From contig JAJEBU010000100.1 in assembly GCA_022822375.1 (NCBI GenBank), forward strand, positions 558 to 64,557: a DNA stretch of 64,000 nt. The letters run 5' to 3'. This stretch comes from Dehalococcoidia bacterium. GTDB lineage: Bacteria; Chloroflexota; Dehalococcoidia; Bin125. Within the stretch, counting starts at the first letter, position 1, and the number at the start of each line of letters is the position of its first letter. Below, in pieces: positions 8,944-18,152 of the stretch. A model generated the notes under the pieces. That model worked only from the letters and a program-made list of their open reading frames with translations. It had not been told where the DNA came from and ran no database searches. The translations under genes and the position numbers were made by a program.

Positions 8944-11847
8944 ATGATCACAACTGAGAGGTTACTGGTGACCAACAGCGAACCGCGCTCGCCGCGCACC
9001 ACCATTGAAGCCGCATTGGCGGCGAACGACCGTCGAATGGTCGACGCGCCGCTCGCGGCCGACGTGCGCCTGCTTAGCAGCTTGCTGGGCAACATGATCC
9101 GCACCGTTGACGGCGATGATGTGTTCCACGCCGTCGAGCAGCTCCGCGGATTGGCTCAGCGTCGGCGCGGTGTGCGTCAGGAACCAGAGCCGCAGCTGAC
9201 CGCGGAGATCGTGGAGCTCATCCAGAGCTGGCCGCTGTGGCTCGCCGCCGAAGTCGGCAACGCGTTCCTCACCTACTTCTTGCTGACCAACACCGCCGAG
9301 GAGACGCACCGCATCCGACGGCGCAGAGTGCGATCGTCCGACGATGCGACCGCGCCGCGCTCGATTCCCGCGGTCGTCGAGCAGGTGCTCTCGCGCGGCG
9401 TCGATGCGGACGCGATCCGCTCGCAGTCAGCTGGGATCCATCTCCAACCCGTCTTCACCGCGCACCCGACAGAGTCGCAGCGCCTGACGATGCTCGGCAC
9501 GCTGCAAGCCGTGCACAGCCTGCTGCTCGACCGCGAAACCGCCATTCCGTCGGAGCTCGATGAGATCGACACCGCGCTGCGCACCCACATCGAGGGCTTG
9601 TGGCAAGCCGACCACTTGCGCCACCGGCGACCGACGGTGCTGGAGGAATCGCGGCTGCTGCTGCGGACATTTGAAACCACGCTGTGGGACGCGGTGCCTG
9701 CGGTGACGAGCCACTTTCGACACGCGACCGGCGTCACCCCCGCCGAGTCGCCGACTCCGATCCTGCTCGGCTCTTGGATGGGCGGCGACGCCGACGGCAA
9801 TCCAAACGTGACCCCAGATCTGACCTGGCAGACCGCATTGACGATGCGCGCTCGCGTGCTGCGCATGCACCTCAACGCCGTGCGAGGCATGGACCATCAG
9901 CTGCCTCACTCGACGCGGCGCGTCGCCTGTTCGGCCGAGTTGCAGGAGTCCCTGACGCGAGACGAGCGACGCATGCCGCGAATTCGGGAACGCCTGGAGC
10001 GTCGCAACGCCGCCGAGCACTACCGCCTGAAGATTCGTTACATGGCTGCCCGACTACAGGCCACGCTTGAGGCCGACTACGCGCTGCTCGACACACGCGC
10101 CGCGAGCATCGTGGAGGTTGCGGGCAGCGTCAGCGATCCAGACGGTCTGCCCTACGACTCGGTCGAGGACTACATCGACGACCTGGAAACGATCGCCGAG
10201 AGCCTGCGCAACCACGGCGCGACGGCGGGCGCCGAGACCGTCGTGCAGCCGCAGATCGATCGGGCGCGCGCGTTCGGCTTTCATTTGGCCGCGCTCGACA
10301 TCCGCGACCACGCCGATCGCTTCCACGCCGCGGCCAACGCCGTGCTGCAGGGCCTGGACATTCAGCCGCCCGGCGGCAACTATCTGGAACTGACCCGTGA
10401 CCAGCAAGAAGAGTTCCTGGCCAGCGAACTGGATCGCGATTACTTCCCAGTCGGCCATGCGATGTCGACGCACGACGATGACACGCTGCGCCGCTTCCGA
10501 ACCGCGCGGCGGATCCAGCGCATCTGCGGTCCCGCCGCGATGCAGACCTGCATCGTCTCAATGGCGGCGTCGGCGGCCGACATCTTGGCGCCGGTGCTGG
10601 TCGCTCGGCAAGCGGGACTCAACGATCCAACCTTGCGCGCCCCGGGCGGACTGATCCGGATCGCGCCGCTGTTTGAGCGCGTGCGCGATCTCGAGGGCGC
10701 GCCCGAGGTGCTGCGCCGGCTGTTTGCCCTCGGCGCCTACCGTCGCCACCTGGAAGCACACGGCAATCTGCAGGAAGTGATGGTCGGCTACTCCGACTCG
10801 GCCAAGGACGCCGGCGTGCTGCCGTCGCTGTGGAGCCTGTACAAGGCGCAGGAGCAGATGCACGCCGTCGCACGTGACGCGGGCGTTGATCTGATGTTCT
10901 TCCATGGCCGCGGTGGCACCGTCAGCCGCGGTGGCGGACCGTCTCATGACGCCATCCTCGCGCTGCCGCCTCACACCACCGAAGGCGGCATCAAGTTCAC
11001 TGAACAGGGCGAGATGATCCAGTTCACGTACGGCATGCCCGGTCTGGCCAAGTGGAATCTGGAGCAGACGCTCGCCGCGGCCTTGATGAAGCGCTTCGAC
11101 CGCGACCATGACGACACGCCCGACGCTGAGCGCGAGCGCTACCACGCCGCGATGGACGAGCTATCGGAAACGGCCGAGCACGCATATCGGTTGCAGGTGG
11201 TGGACAATCCCGATCTGCACCAGTACTTTCAGCGCGTGACGCCGATCGGCATGCTCGGCAACCTGGCGATCGGTTCACGACCGACGTTCCGGCCGGGCTC
11301 CGACGCGTCGCTGACCTCGCTCCGCGCCATCCCATGGGTGTTCGCCTGGATGCAGACGCGGCACGTGATTACCGGCTGGATGGGCGTCGGCGCGGCGATC
11401 GAGGAGTACATCCAGCGTCACGGCGACGCCGGATTGTCGCTGCTCCGCGACATGCGCGATCAGTGGCCGTTCTTCCAGACGCTGCTCTCCAACGTCGAGA
11501 TGGTGATGGCCAAGGCCGATTTCGATGTCGCCGAGCACTACGCGCGCCGTCTGGGCGACGGCGACGCCGACATCCGCACCTTTGGCCGCCTGCGCGACGA
11601 GTTCCAACGCACCGTACGGATGATCAACCTGCTCGCCGATCAGGAGAGCCTGCTCGACGGCACGCCGGTCTTGCAACGATCGATCGCGCTGCGCAATCCG
11701 TACGTTGACGCGCTCAGCTTCCTGCAGGTCGAGCTGCTCAGCCGCATCCGCGACATGCCCCAGGACGACTTCGAGTACGCCGACACGTTGGAGGCCATTC
11801 TTCGCAGCGTCAATGGCGTCGCCGCTGGACTGCGAAACACGGGCTAA
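8944..11847 (+). CDS. ppc: phosphoenolpyruvate carboxylase
   Basis: ORF 8884..11847; the first ATG is 8944 (MITTERLL...). The N-terminal ...DVRLLSSLLGNMIRT..., the VGYSDSAKDAGVL motif and the C-terminal FHGRGGTVSRGGGPSHDAILALPP are PEPC signatures. Divergent from the peptidase with only ~30 bp between start codons. Confidence 0.9.
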   Translation: MITTERLLVTNSEPRSPRTTIEAALAANDRRMVDAPLAADVRLLSSLLGNMIRTVDGDDVFHAVEQLRGLAQRRRGVRQEPEPQLTAEIVELIQSWPLWLAAEVGNAFLTYFLLTNTAEETHRIRRRRVRSSDDATAPRSIPAVVEQVLSRGVDADAIRSQSAGIHLQPVFTAHPTESQRLTMLGTLQAVHSLLLDRETAIPSELDEIDTALRTHIEGLWQADHLRHRRPTVLEESRLLLRTFETTLWDAVPAVTSHFRHATGVTPAESPTPILLGSWMGGDADGNPNVTPDLTWQTALTMRARVLRMHLNAVRGMDHQLPHSTRRVACSAELQESLTRDERRMPRIRERLERRNAAEHYRLKIRYMAARLQATLEADYALLDTRAASIVEVAGSVSDPDGLPYDSVEDYIDDLETIAESLRNHGATAGAETVVQPQIDRARAFGFHLAALDIRDHADRFHAAANAVLQGLDIQPPGGNYLELTRDQQEEFLASELDRDYFPVGHAMSTHDDDTLRRFRTARRIQRICGPAAMQTCIVSMAASAADILAPVLVARQAGLNDPTLRAPGGLIRIAPLFERVRDLEGAPEVLRRLFALGAYRRHLEAHGNLQEVMVGYSDSAKDAGVLPSLWSLYKAQEQMHAVARDAGVDLMFFHGRGGTVSRGGGPSHDAILALPPHTTEGGIKFTEQGEMIQFTYGMPGLAKWNLEQTLAAALMKRFDRDHDDTPDAERERYHAAMDELSETAEHAYRLQVVDNPDLHQYFQRVTPIGMLGNLAIGSRPTFRPGSDASLTSLRAIPWVFAWMQTRHVITGWMGVGAAIEEYIQRHGDAGLSLLRDMRDQWPFFQTLLSNVEMVMAKADFDVAEHYARRLGDGDADIRTFGRLRDEFQRTVRMINLLADQESLLDGTPVLQRSIALRNPYVDALSFLQVELLSRIRDMPQDDFEYADTLEAILRSVNGVAAGLRNTG

Positions 11848-11856
11848 GAGGCTGGC

Positions 11857-12315
11857 TCAGCCGACCACTTCCCAGTGCACCAGGGTGAACGGTTCGACTT
11901 CGTCGTTGCCTTCGTGGTCTTCGAAGACCGGGCGAACCTCTGCGCCGATTTCGACCGTCTGCATGGGATCTCCAACGAGATTGCCAACCATGCGAACGTT
12001 CTCGTGGTTGGGCAACTCGACGAGGACGACGAGGTACGGGCACGAATCCTGCAGCGCAGGGTGGACCGGGTGCCAAACTCGTTCCCACGAGAAGATCCGG
12101 CCGTTGCCCTCAACTTCTCGCCAACCGAGATCGAAGCTGTGGCAGATGTGGCAGACCCATTCAGGGCCAAACTGGGGACGGTCGCACGTGTGGCAGTGCT
12201 GCACGAACAGCTTGTGCTGCTTGAGGCCGTCCCAATACTCGGTGTCAAGACCGTCGACCGCAGGCGCAGGCGCGGGCATGCCCTCGCCGAGGTAGTAGCG
12301 TCCGGGATTGGCCAT
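11857..12315 (-). CDS. Zn-ribbon OB-fold protein (DUF35 family; thiolase partner, BbsA/ChsH2-C-like)
   Basis: A 152-aa ORF. CHTCDRPQFGPEWVCHICHS is a rubredoxin-like Zn ribbon and is followed by an OB fold. Directly downstream of, and overlapping, the thiolase gene. Confidence 0.8.
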   Translation of the reverse strand: MANPGRYYLGEGMPAPAPAVDGLDTEYWDGLKQHKLFVQHCHTCDRPQFGPEWVCHICHSFDLGWREVEGNGRIFSWERVWHPVHPALQDSCPYLVVLVELPNHENVRMVGNLVGDPMQTVEIGAEVRPVFEDHEGNDEVEPFTLVHWEVVG

Positions 12316-13496
12316 TAGAGCACCGCCTCTGAACCGACGATCATGTCGGAGACCGGGGTCACCATCGGACCGGACGCGACGAGCGAGACGTTCACGTCCG
12401 GCACCTGGTTGCAGGACTCGCCGCGCACCTGGCGGACGGCTTCAATGTTCAGTTCGAGTCCGTGCATGTAGCACTCGGCCAGGTTGCCGCCGCTGGTGTT
12501 GATCGGCATCTTGCCGTTCGGTGCGGTCAGGTTCTCGAAGGTGATGAAGTCGTTGGCTTCTTCGTATGACGTGAGGCCATGCTCGATGATGCTCATCACG
12601 ACGCCGCCGGTGAAGTTCTCGTAGACCTGCGCCACGTCGACTTCCTCCGGCTTGACCTCCGCCATCTCGTACATGCGGGGCGCGACGGTCTTGAAGTTGG
12701 ACGTCGCATAGTCGGTGGCGTTGTGCGATCCGGAGCCGGCGCGGTTGCCAGAGCCGACTGCTCCGCCGAGGAAGTAGACCGGCGTCTTGGCGAAATCCTT
12801 GGCGCGGTCGGCCGAGACGAAGATCATCGCGGCCCCGCCGTCATTCTCTTGGCAGCAGTCGAACAGATGGAACGGCTCGACAATCCAGCGCGACTGATCG
12901 TAATCCTCGGGCGACAGCGGACGTCCGTACATGACCGCGCGCGGATTGTTCTGCGCGTGGTGGTACGACGCCAGCGAGCAGGCCTTCAGCGTGTCCTGGG
13001 TGATCCCGTGGTCGTTGAACAGGCGATGCACCCGCATCGCGAACGACTGCGCGGGCGACATCAGCCCGTACGGCGCGGTGTAGGCCTGGTCGCCACGCAC
13101 GTGAGGCACGCGCGCGCCCTGCCCGAAGCGTCCGAACTGGCCTTGAGCCAGTCCACGGAAGACCACCACGGTGTCGGCGAGTCCGGTCGCGACTGCTGAG
13201 GCAGCGTGCGCGCAGGCGGCCGATCCACCGCCGCCGCCGCCGCCCCACTCCATGTTCGAGAAGCGCAGGTCCTTGATGTCCAGCGCTGCGGCGATCCGCG
13301 ATGGATCGTTGCGGTCGTTGGAGTACGAGGCGAAGCCATCGATCTCGCGCGGGTCAATGCCAGCGTCGGCCGAGGCCTTGAGGATCGCCTCGATGACCAG
13401 CTTGAACTCCGCGTCGGGCGAACGCCCGCGCTTGTAGTACGTCGTCTCACCGACGCCGACAATCGCCGTTTCTCCGCGCATCGTGCGCTTCCCCAT
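12315..13496 (-). CDS. thiolase-like protein, SCP-x/nsLTP type (acetyl-CoA acetyltransferase family)
   Basis: A 393-aa ORF with a thiolase fold: N-terminal GVGETTYYKRGRS, GGGGGGSAACAHAA around the active-site Cys, and the C-terminal NTSGGNLAECYMHGL. Pairs with the DUF35 gene. Confidence 0.85.
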   Translation of the reverse strand: MGKRTMRGETAIVGVGETTYYKRGRSPDAEFKLVIEAILKASADAGIDPREIDGFASYSNDRNDPSRIAAALDIKDLRFSNMEWGGGGGGGSAACAHAASAVATGLADTVVVFRGLAQGQFGRFGQGARVPHVRGDQAYTAPYGLMSPAQSFAMRVHRLFNDHGITQDTLKACSLASYHHAQNNPRAVMYGRPLSPEDYDQSRWIVEPFHLFDCCQENDGGAAMIFVSADRAKDFAKTPVYFLGGAVGSGNRAGSGSHNATDYATSNFKTVAPRMYEMAEVKPEEVDVAQVYENFTGGVVMSIIEHGLTSYEEANDFITFENLTAPNGKMPINTSGGNLAECYMHGLELNIEAVRQVRGESCNQVPDVNVSLVASGPMVTPVSDMIVGSEAVL

Positions 13497-13565
13497 TGAG
13501 CGTGTCCTTCCCTGGAGCGGATTGCTTGAACCGCAGTCTAATCGATATTCCGATCCGCGCCGCTG

Positions 13566-16049
13566 CTACTGGAGCGCGCCAGCGATCATCGCTTCGGCGA
13601 TCTCCTCGTCCGACGCCCCCAGCACTTCACCGAGCACGTAGTGTGTGTCCTCGCCGATGGCCGGCGCCGCCGAGCGCAGCTTCGCGGTCGCTCCCGAGAA
13701 CTTGGTCACGAGTCCGTCGTACGGCGTCGGACCCATCACTGAATGGTCCAGGGTGACGAAGAACTCGCGATGCGACAGCTGTTGGTCGGTGTAGAGGTCA
13801 GACGGCCAGTTCACCTGCGAGACCGGCACGCCGGCCGCTTCAAGTGCAGAGATCACCACCTCAGGCGTTTGCGGCTCGCACCAGGCGGCGAGCGCCGCCT
13901 CGATCTCGCTCTTGTGCGCGATGCGCACCGAGAGATCGTCCCACTCCCCACCAGACCAATCGCTGAGACCCGCCGTCTGGCAGAGGGCCCGCCACTGATC
14001 GGTCGACTCGGCGGCAATGGCGACATAGCGCTCCTGACCCTGCACCCGGAACGTCCCGTGCGGGCAGGCGTACATCGAGTCGTGGCCGGGAGCATGATGA
14101 ACGTTGCCGTTCTCGAGGTAGTCGAGCAGCAACGGTGCGGCGAAGTGGATGCCCGCCTCAGTCTGGGCGAGGTCAATGTACTGACCCTCCCCGGTCGCGT
14201 CGCGGTGGCGGATGGCCGCCGCGATCACGCCGGAGCCATAGCGCGGATTGATGAAGTCGGTGTATGCGCCCCAGGTGCCGGCCGGCGTGCGGTCGGGCCA
14301 TCCCGTGATGCGGTGCAGACCGGCCAGGCACGCGCCCTGCAGACCGAACCCCGCATAACTCGACTCGGGCCCGTACTGCCCGCGCAGACAGGTCGAGAGC
14401 ATAATCAGCTCCGGCCGCTTCACGCTCAGTGTCGCGTAGTCCAGACCGAGCTTCTTGAGCGTGCCGGGCGTGAAGGACTCGACGACAATGTCGGCCCACT
14501 CGATGATCTGCTTGGCGTAGGCGAGACCTTCGTCAGTGTCGAGGCGCAGCGCAACGCCCAGCTTGGACGAGTTGAAGTTGGCCATGAACTGGCCGCGGTC
14601 GATGCCCGGCTCATTGTCCTTGAACGGCGGCGCGAGGCGGAGCACGTCCGGGCGCGTCGCGCTCTCGATGTGGATCACCGTCGCGCCGTGATCGGCAAGC
14701 GACTTGGAGATCAGCGGTCCCACACCGACCCAGGCAAAGTCAGCCACCTTAATGCCATGGAAGGCGCCGCCGTCGGGTCCTCGCACACCATCCGACGATG
14801 TTGGCACGGCACTCGGCGCCGCGTTCGGCGTCTTGGTCTGCTGCGGCAGATCATCCAGCAAGTCCTGGTGCTGACCCAGCGCCGGCGCGGCGTTCTCCAG
14901 GCGCAGCGGCGTCCTGGACAGCTTGGCGAACGGTCCGGGGTAGCGGTGGCCGTCGACGTCGACCCAGTAGTCGCGCGCGGCGAGGTGGACGTCGTTGGCG
15001 ATCTCCTCGGCCGTGTAGAGCGGCGCGAGCATGAAGTCGTCCTGCACGGCGCGCTCGTACAGCTCGGACATCGTTCGCTTGGCGACGAACGCGTGCAGCT
15101 GGTGATTAGCCAAATCGATCTGGCGCAGCATTTCGACTTGGTCTTCGGTCACGAGCCGTGCCATCTTGGCCGCCCACTCGTCAACGTCCATGCCCTCCAT
15201 CTCGCCCGTCAGCTCGCCGCACTCACCGATCCAGCGCAGGACGGAGGTGGAGTGGCGCAGGCCCAGGCCGCCCGGCACGATGTTGAAGACGATGTAGCCG
15301 TCGGCGCAGGGATGCACCGACATCACGGCCGCTGCCGCCTGGCCGCCGCGTTGGCCACAGGTACCGGGCGGATCATCGCCCGTGTTGGGCGGGAAGCCCG
15401 TGGCATGCATCAGCGTCCACACGATCGCGGACTGCATCGACACGTCCAGGTATTGCCCCTGACCCGACAGACCGCGTTCACGCAGAGCAATCGAGCAGTC
15501 CGCCGCCGCCTGCACTCCGGCGTGGATCGAGGCCTGCGGAAAGCCGACTGAGACGGGCGGACGATCGCCGTCGCCCTGCAGGCCGACCAGACCGCCGGCG
15601 GCTTCGAGCGTGAAGTCGGTCGCGGGGCGGCCGGCTGACGGACCAGACTGTCCATACGGAGTAATCGAGCAGTAGATCAGCCCGGGATGCGCTTCGCTGA
15701 CGTCGTCGTACGACAATCCCCAGCCCGCCATGACGCCGGGATCGAACGACTCCAGCAAGATGTCCGCGCTGGCGAGGAGTGCGCGGAGCTGATCGCGCCC
15801 CTGTTCGTCGTCGAGCTCGATCACGACGCTCTTCTTGCCGAACCCCATCGCCGCCCAGTAGAGCGAGCGGCCCGGCTCCGAGTCGCTGAAGGGCGGCAGG
15901 TGCCTCGACGGCGATCCCTCGGGCGGTTCCACCTTGATCACTTCGGCGCCCATGTCCGCGAGCACGCGACCGGCCATTTCGGCCCGCTGCGTGGTCAGAT
16001 CGATCACCCGAACGCCATCAAGCAGCGTCGGCGTCTCTTCCGTCGTCAT
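13566..16049 (-). CDS. fused tandem family-III (CaiB/BaiF) CoA-transferase, two complete modules in one 828-aa polypeptide
   Basis: ORF 13566..16118 trimmed to the ATG at aa 24 (MTTEETPTLLDGVRVIDLT...). Module 1 spans residues ~1-400 and has the RPATD catalytic-Asp motif. Module 2 (FHGIKVADFAWVGVGP...YGPESSYAGFGLQGACLAGLHRITG) aligns to the same motif but has Gly at the Asp position. Confidence 0.8.
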   Translation of the reverse strand: MTTEETPTLLDGVRVIDLTTQRAEMAGRVLADMGAEVIKVEPPEGSPSRHLPPFSDSEPGRSLYWAAMGFGKKSVVIELDDEQGRDQLRALLASADILLESFDPGVMAGWGLSYDDVSEAHPGLIYCSITPYGQSGPSAGRPATDFTLEAAGGLVGLQGDGDRPPVSVGFPQASIHAGVQAAADCSIALRERGLSGQGQYLDVSMQSAIVWTLMHATGFPPNTGDDPPGTCGQRGGQAAAAVMSVHPCADGYIVFNIVPGGLGLRHSTSVLRWIGECGELTGEMEGMDVDEWAAKMARLVTEDQVEMLRQIDLANHQLHAFVAKRTMSELYERAVQDDFMLAPLYTAEEIANDVHLAARDYWVDVDGHRYPGPFAKLSRTPLRLENAAPALGQHQDLLDDLPQQTKTPNAAPSAVPTSSDGVRGPDGGAFHGIKVADFAWVGVGPLISKSLADHGATVIHIESATRPDVLRLAPPFKDNEPGIDRGQFMANFNSSKLGVALRLDTDEGLAYAKQIIEWADIVVESFTPGTLKKLGLDYATLSVKRPELIMLSTCLRGQYGPESSYAGFGLQGACLAGLHRITGWPDRTPAGTWGAYTDFINPRYGSGVIAAAIRHRDATGEGQYIDLAQTEAGIHFAAPLLLDYLENGNVHHAPGHDSMYACPHGTFRVQGQERYVAIAAESTDQWRALCQTAGLSDWSGGEWDDLSVRIAHKSEIEAALAAWCEPQTPEVVISALEAAGVPVSQVNWPSDLYTDQQLSHREFFVTLDHSVMGPTPYDGLVTKFSGATAKLRSAAPAIGEDTHYVLGEVLGASDEEIAEAMIAGALQ

Positions 16050-16182
16050 ACGTGAGCTCCCATCTACGCGGCCGCCCGCTCTGTCGAGCACCGCCCTGCA
16101 AGCAATGCACACTTGCACTCGGAACGTAGATTAAGATACCGACCAGCGCCTCACGCTTGGACCGATCACGCGGTTCGAGTCT

Positions 16183-16431
16183 CTAGAAGGCGGCGAACAT
16201 GCGCAAGAAGACCGAGAACAAGCCAAACAACAGCAGTCCGCCGAGCGCCCACCAGAGCAGTCTCGGCGACGGCTCGCGCGGCTCGTCCGAACGGTTCTCG
16301 GGGTCGATCCAGCGCGCATGACGCTCGGGCGGCTTGCGACGGCGCGCCTGCGGCGAGTCGGGCGCCGGCGGCGGCCAGGTCGGTGGAGCAGCGTCTGGAC
16401 GCTCGGCCACGAACAGCACCTCTCTGGACAA
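16183..16431 (-). CDS. hypothetical small Pro-rich protein with a C-terminal transmembrane tail anchor
   Basis: An 82-aa ORF, MSREVLFVAERPDAAPPTWPPPAPD...RLLWWALGGLLLFGLFSVFLRMFAAF. High GC3 consistent with coding. It is the only candidate gene in a 513-bp gap. No recognisable family. Confidence 0.35.
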   Translation of the reverse strand: MSREVLFVAERPDAAPPTWPPPAPDSPQARRRKPPERHARWIDPENRSDEPREPSPRLLWWALGGLLLFGLFSVFLRMFAAF

Positions 16432-16562
16432 GCGCGTACATCCGCAGTGTAGCCAGCCCTGAACGTCAGCGATGGCAGCGATGGCAGCGATTACTGAAGG
16501 GCTGCGATACCCTGCCCGCAGACAGCCGAAGCGGCAAGAGACCCGTAGAAGCGGAGCATCGC

Positions 16563-17444
16563 GTGACTCGCATCCTCGTCACTTCCACGCTCGCCGGAGA
16601 CGGCAAATCGGTCGTCGCCGCCGGCGTCGCCGCGCAGTTGCGCGCCAGCGGCGCCAGCGTCCGACTCGTCCGCATCGACGACGGTGACTCCGCTGCCGCG
16701 GACGCCGCCCAACTCGCGCGGGTCAACGGCGTGCGAGGCGCGTCGGCACCGACCGCGGCTTCGGACATTCCCTCAGACACTGACCACACCGTGATTGAAG
16801 CGAGCTCCGCGACGGAGATTGATGCCGACCACACGATCCTCGTCGTCCGACACGGCGAGGCGGACGACGATACTGTGAGCCGCGCGATCGCGGATCTTGA
16901 GCCTGGCGCGGTCATCGTCAATGGCACGCCCGAGCACGGCGCCGAGGCGGCGATGGCACGCGTCAGCGGACTGGGCGCCGCCGCCGTTGCCGCCATCCCA
17001 CAGGACCGCCACCTCGCCGCGCCGACGATTCGAGACATCGTGCCCGCCGTCGAGGGTGAGCTCTCGGGCGACGAGACGCTCTACGACGAAGCATCGCGCG
17101 ACCTTGTGATCGGTCCGGTCAGCGCGCATGAAGGCATGGACTACTTCCGCAAGTACCCCGACAAGACGCTGATCACGCGCCACGATCGCACTGACATTGC
17201 CTTGGGCGCGCTCGACTACGAGCCGCTCTGCCTGATTCTGGCCGGCGGCGAGCCAACCCTGCCCTACGTCCACCAACGCGCTGAGCGCGAGTCGTTCGCC
17301 TTGATCATCACCGGGATGACGACACTGGAAGCGGTCGATGCGATTGGTCCGCTGTACGGCGACTCTGCCTTCATCGGTCAGCGCAAGCTGGACGCGGCGA
17401 TCGAGATCGTCGCCGCCAACGTCGCCATCGGCGACCTAGCCTGA
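16563..17444 (+). CDS. phosphotransacetylase-N-terminal-like protein (BioD-like P-loop domain + DRTGG domain), lacking a PTA_PTB catalytic domain
   Basis: ORF 16113..17444. The first ~150 codons are Arg-rich out-of-character sequence, so the start was moved to the GTG at 16563 (VTRILVTSTLAGDGKS, a P-loop like the Pta N-terminus), which has a GGAG ~8 nt upstream. The C-terminal ...LITRHDRTDIALGALDYEPLCLILAGGEPT...ALIITGMTT matches DRTGG (PF07085). Confidence 0.6.
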   Translation: MTRILVTSTLAGDGKSVVAAGVAAQLRASGASVRLVRIDDGDSAAADAAQLARVNGVRGASAPTAASDIPSDTDHTVIEASSATEIDADHTILVVRHGEADDDTVSRAIADLEPGAVIVNGTPEHGAEAAMARVSGLGAAAVAAIPQDRHLAAPTIRDIVPAVEGELSGDETLYDEASRDLVIGPVSAHEGMDYFRKYPDKTLITRHDRTDIALGALDYEPLCLILAGGEPTLPYVHQRAERESFALIITGMTTLEAVDAIGPLYGDSAFIGQRKLDAAIEIVAANVAIGDLA

Positions 17445-18122
17445 GCCGCCGCCTGAGTCGTCCGTCCGCACCCGGAGCAGCGTGATCCCGTCGCCGACGG
17501 TGAGTTGGACTGCGTCCACGCGCGGATCGTCAGTGATGCGGCGATTGAATGCATCGATCGCCGCCGTGTCGGGGTCTCTTCGGGACGGGTCCGCCACTGC
17601 GCCGCCCCAGAGCGTGTTGTCCACTGCGATCAAGCCGCCGCCGCGCACCAGTGAGAGCGCGGCCTCGACGTACGACTGGATTGGCTCCTTATCGGCGTCA
17701 ATGAACGCGAAATCGAAGCGGTCGCCTTGCATCTGCAGCGCTGCGAGCGTGTCCAACGCCGGTCCGAGGCGCAGGTCGATCTTGTCCGCGACGCCCGCCT
17801 CCGCCCAGTAGCGGCGCGCGATCGAGGTCCACGCTTCGCTTACGTCGCAGCAGACCATCGAGCCGTCCGCCGGCAGTGCCGACGCGACCGAGAGGGCTGA
17901 TGCGCCGGTGAATGTGCCGATCTCCAGCGCCCGCCTCGCGCCGATCAGACGCACGAGCCAGCCGAGCAGTCGCGCCTGGTCGGCGCCGATCTGCATGCCT
18001 CCGGCGCTGAGCTTCGACGTCTCTTCCCGCAGGCGCCGCCAGACATCGTCCTCGCGCGTCGCCGTGGCCTCGATGTAGGCAGCCAGCTGGCGGCTGATCT
18101 CGACGGTGCGAATCAACGTCAT
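17436..18122 (-). CDS. class I SAM-dependent O-methyltransferase (family 3, caffeoyl-CoA OMT-like)
   Basis: ORF 17436..18152 trimmed to the ATG at 18122 (MTLIRTVEIS...). Carries LEIGTFTGASAL and the FIDADKE metal/SAM motifs. Confidence 0.8.
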   Translation of the reverse strand: MTLIRTVEISRQLAAYIEATATREDDVWRRLREETSKLSAGGMQIGADQARLLGWLVRLIGARRALEIGTFTGASALSVASALPADGSMVCCDVSEAWTSIARRYWAEAGVADKIDLRLGPALDTLAALQMQGDRFDFAFIDADKEPIQSYVEAALSLVRGGGLIAVDNTLWGGAVADPSRRDPDTAAIDAFNRRITDDPRVDAVQLTVGDGITLLRVRTDDSGGGSG

Positions 18123-18152
18123 CGGGCCGCCTCTCCCAGTTATGTCACGCAC

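Noticed and set aside
16113-16562. A 150-codon N-terminal extension of the DRTGG protein ORF
   Set aside because: The extension is Arg-rich and non-protein-like and lies in the divergent intergenic region. A GTG with GGAG upstream at 16563 gives a canonical Pta-N-terminal-type start, so the extension is treated as untranslated.
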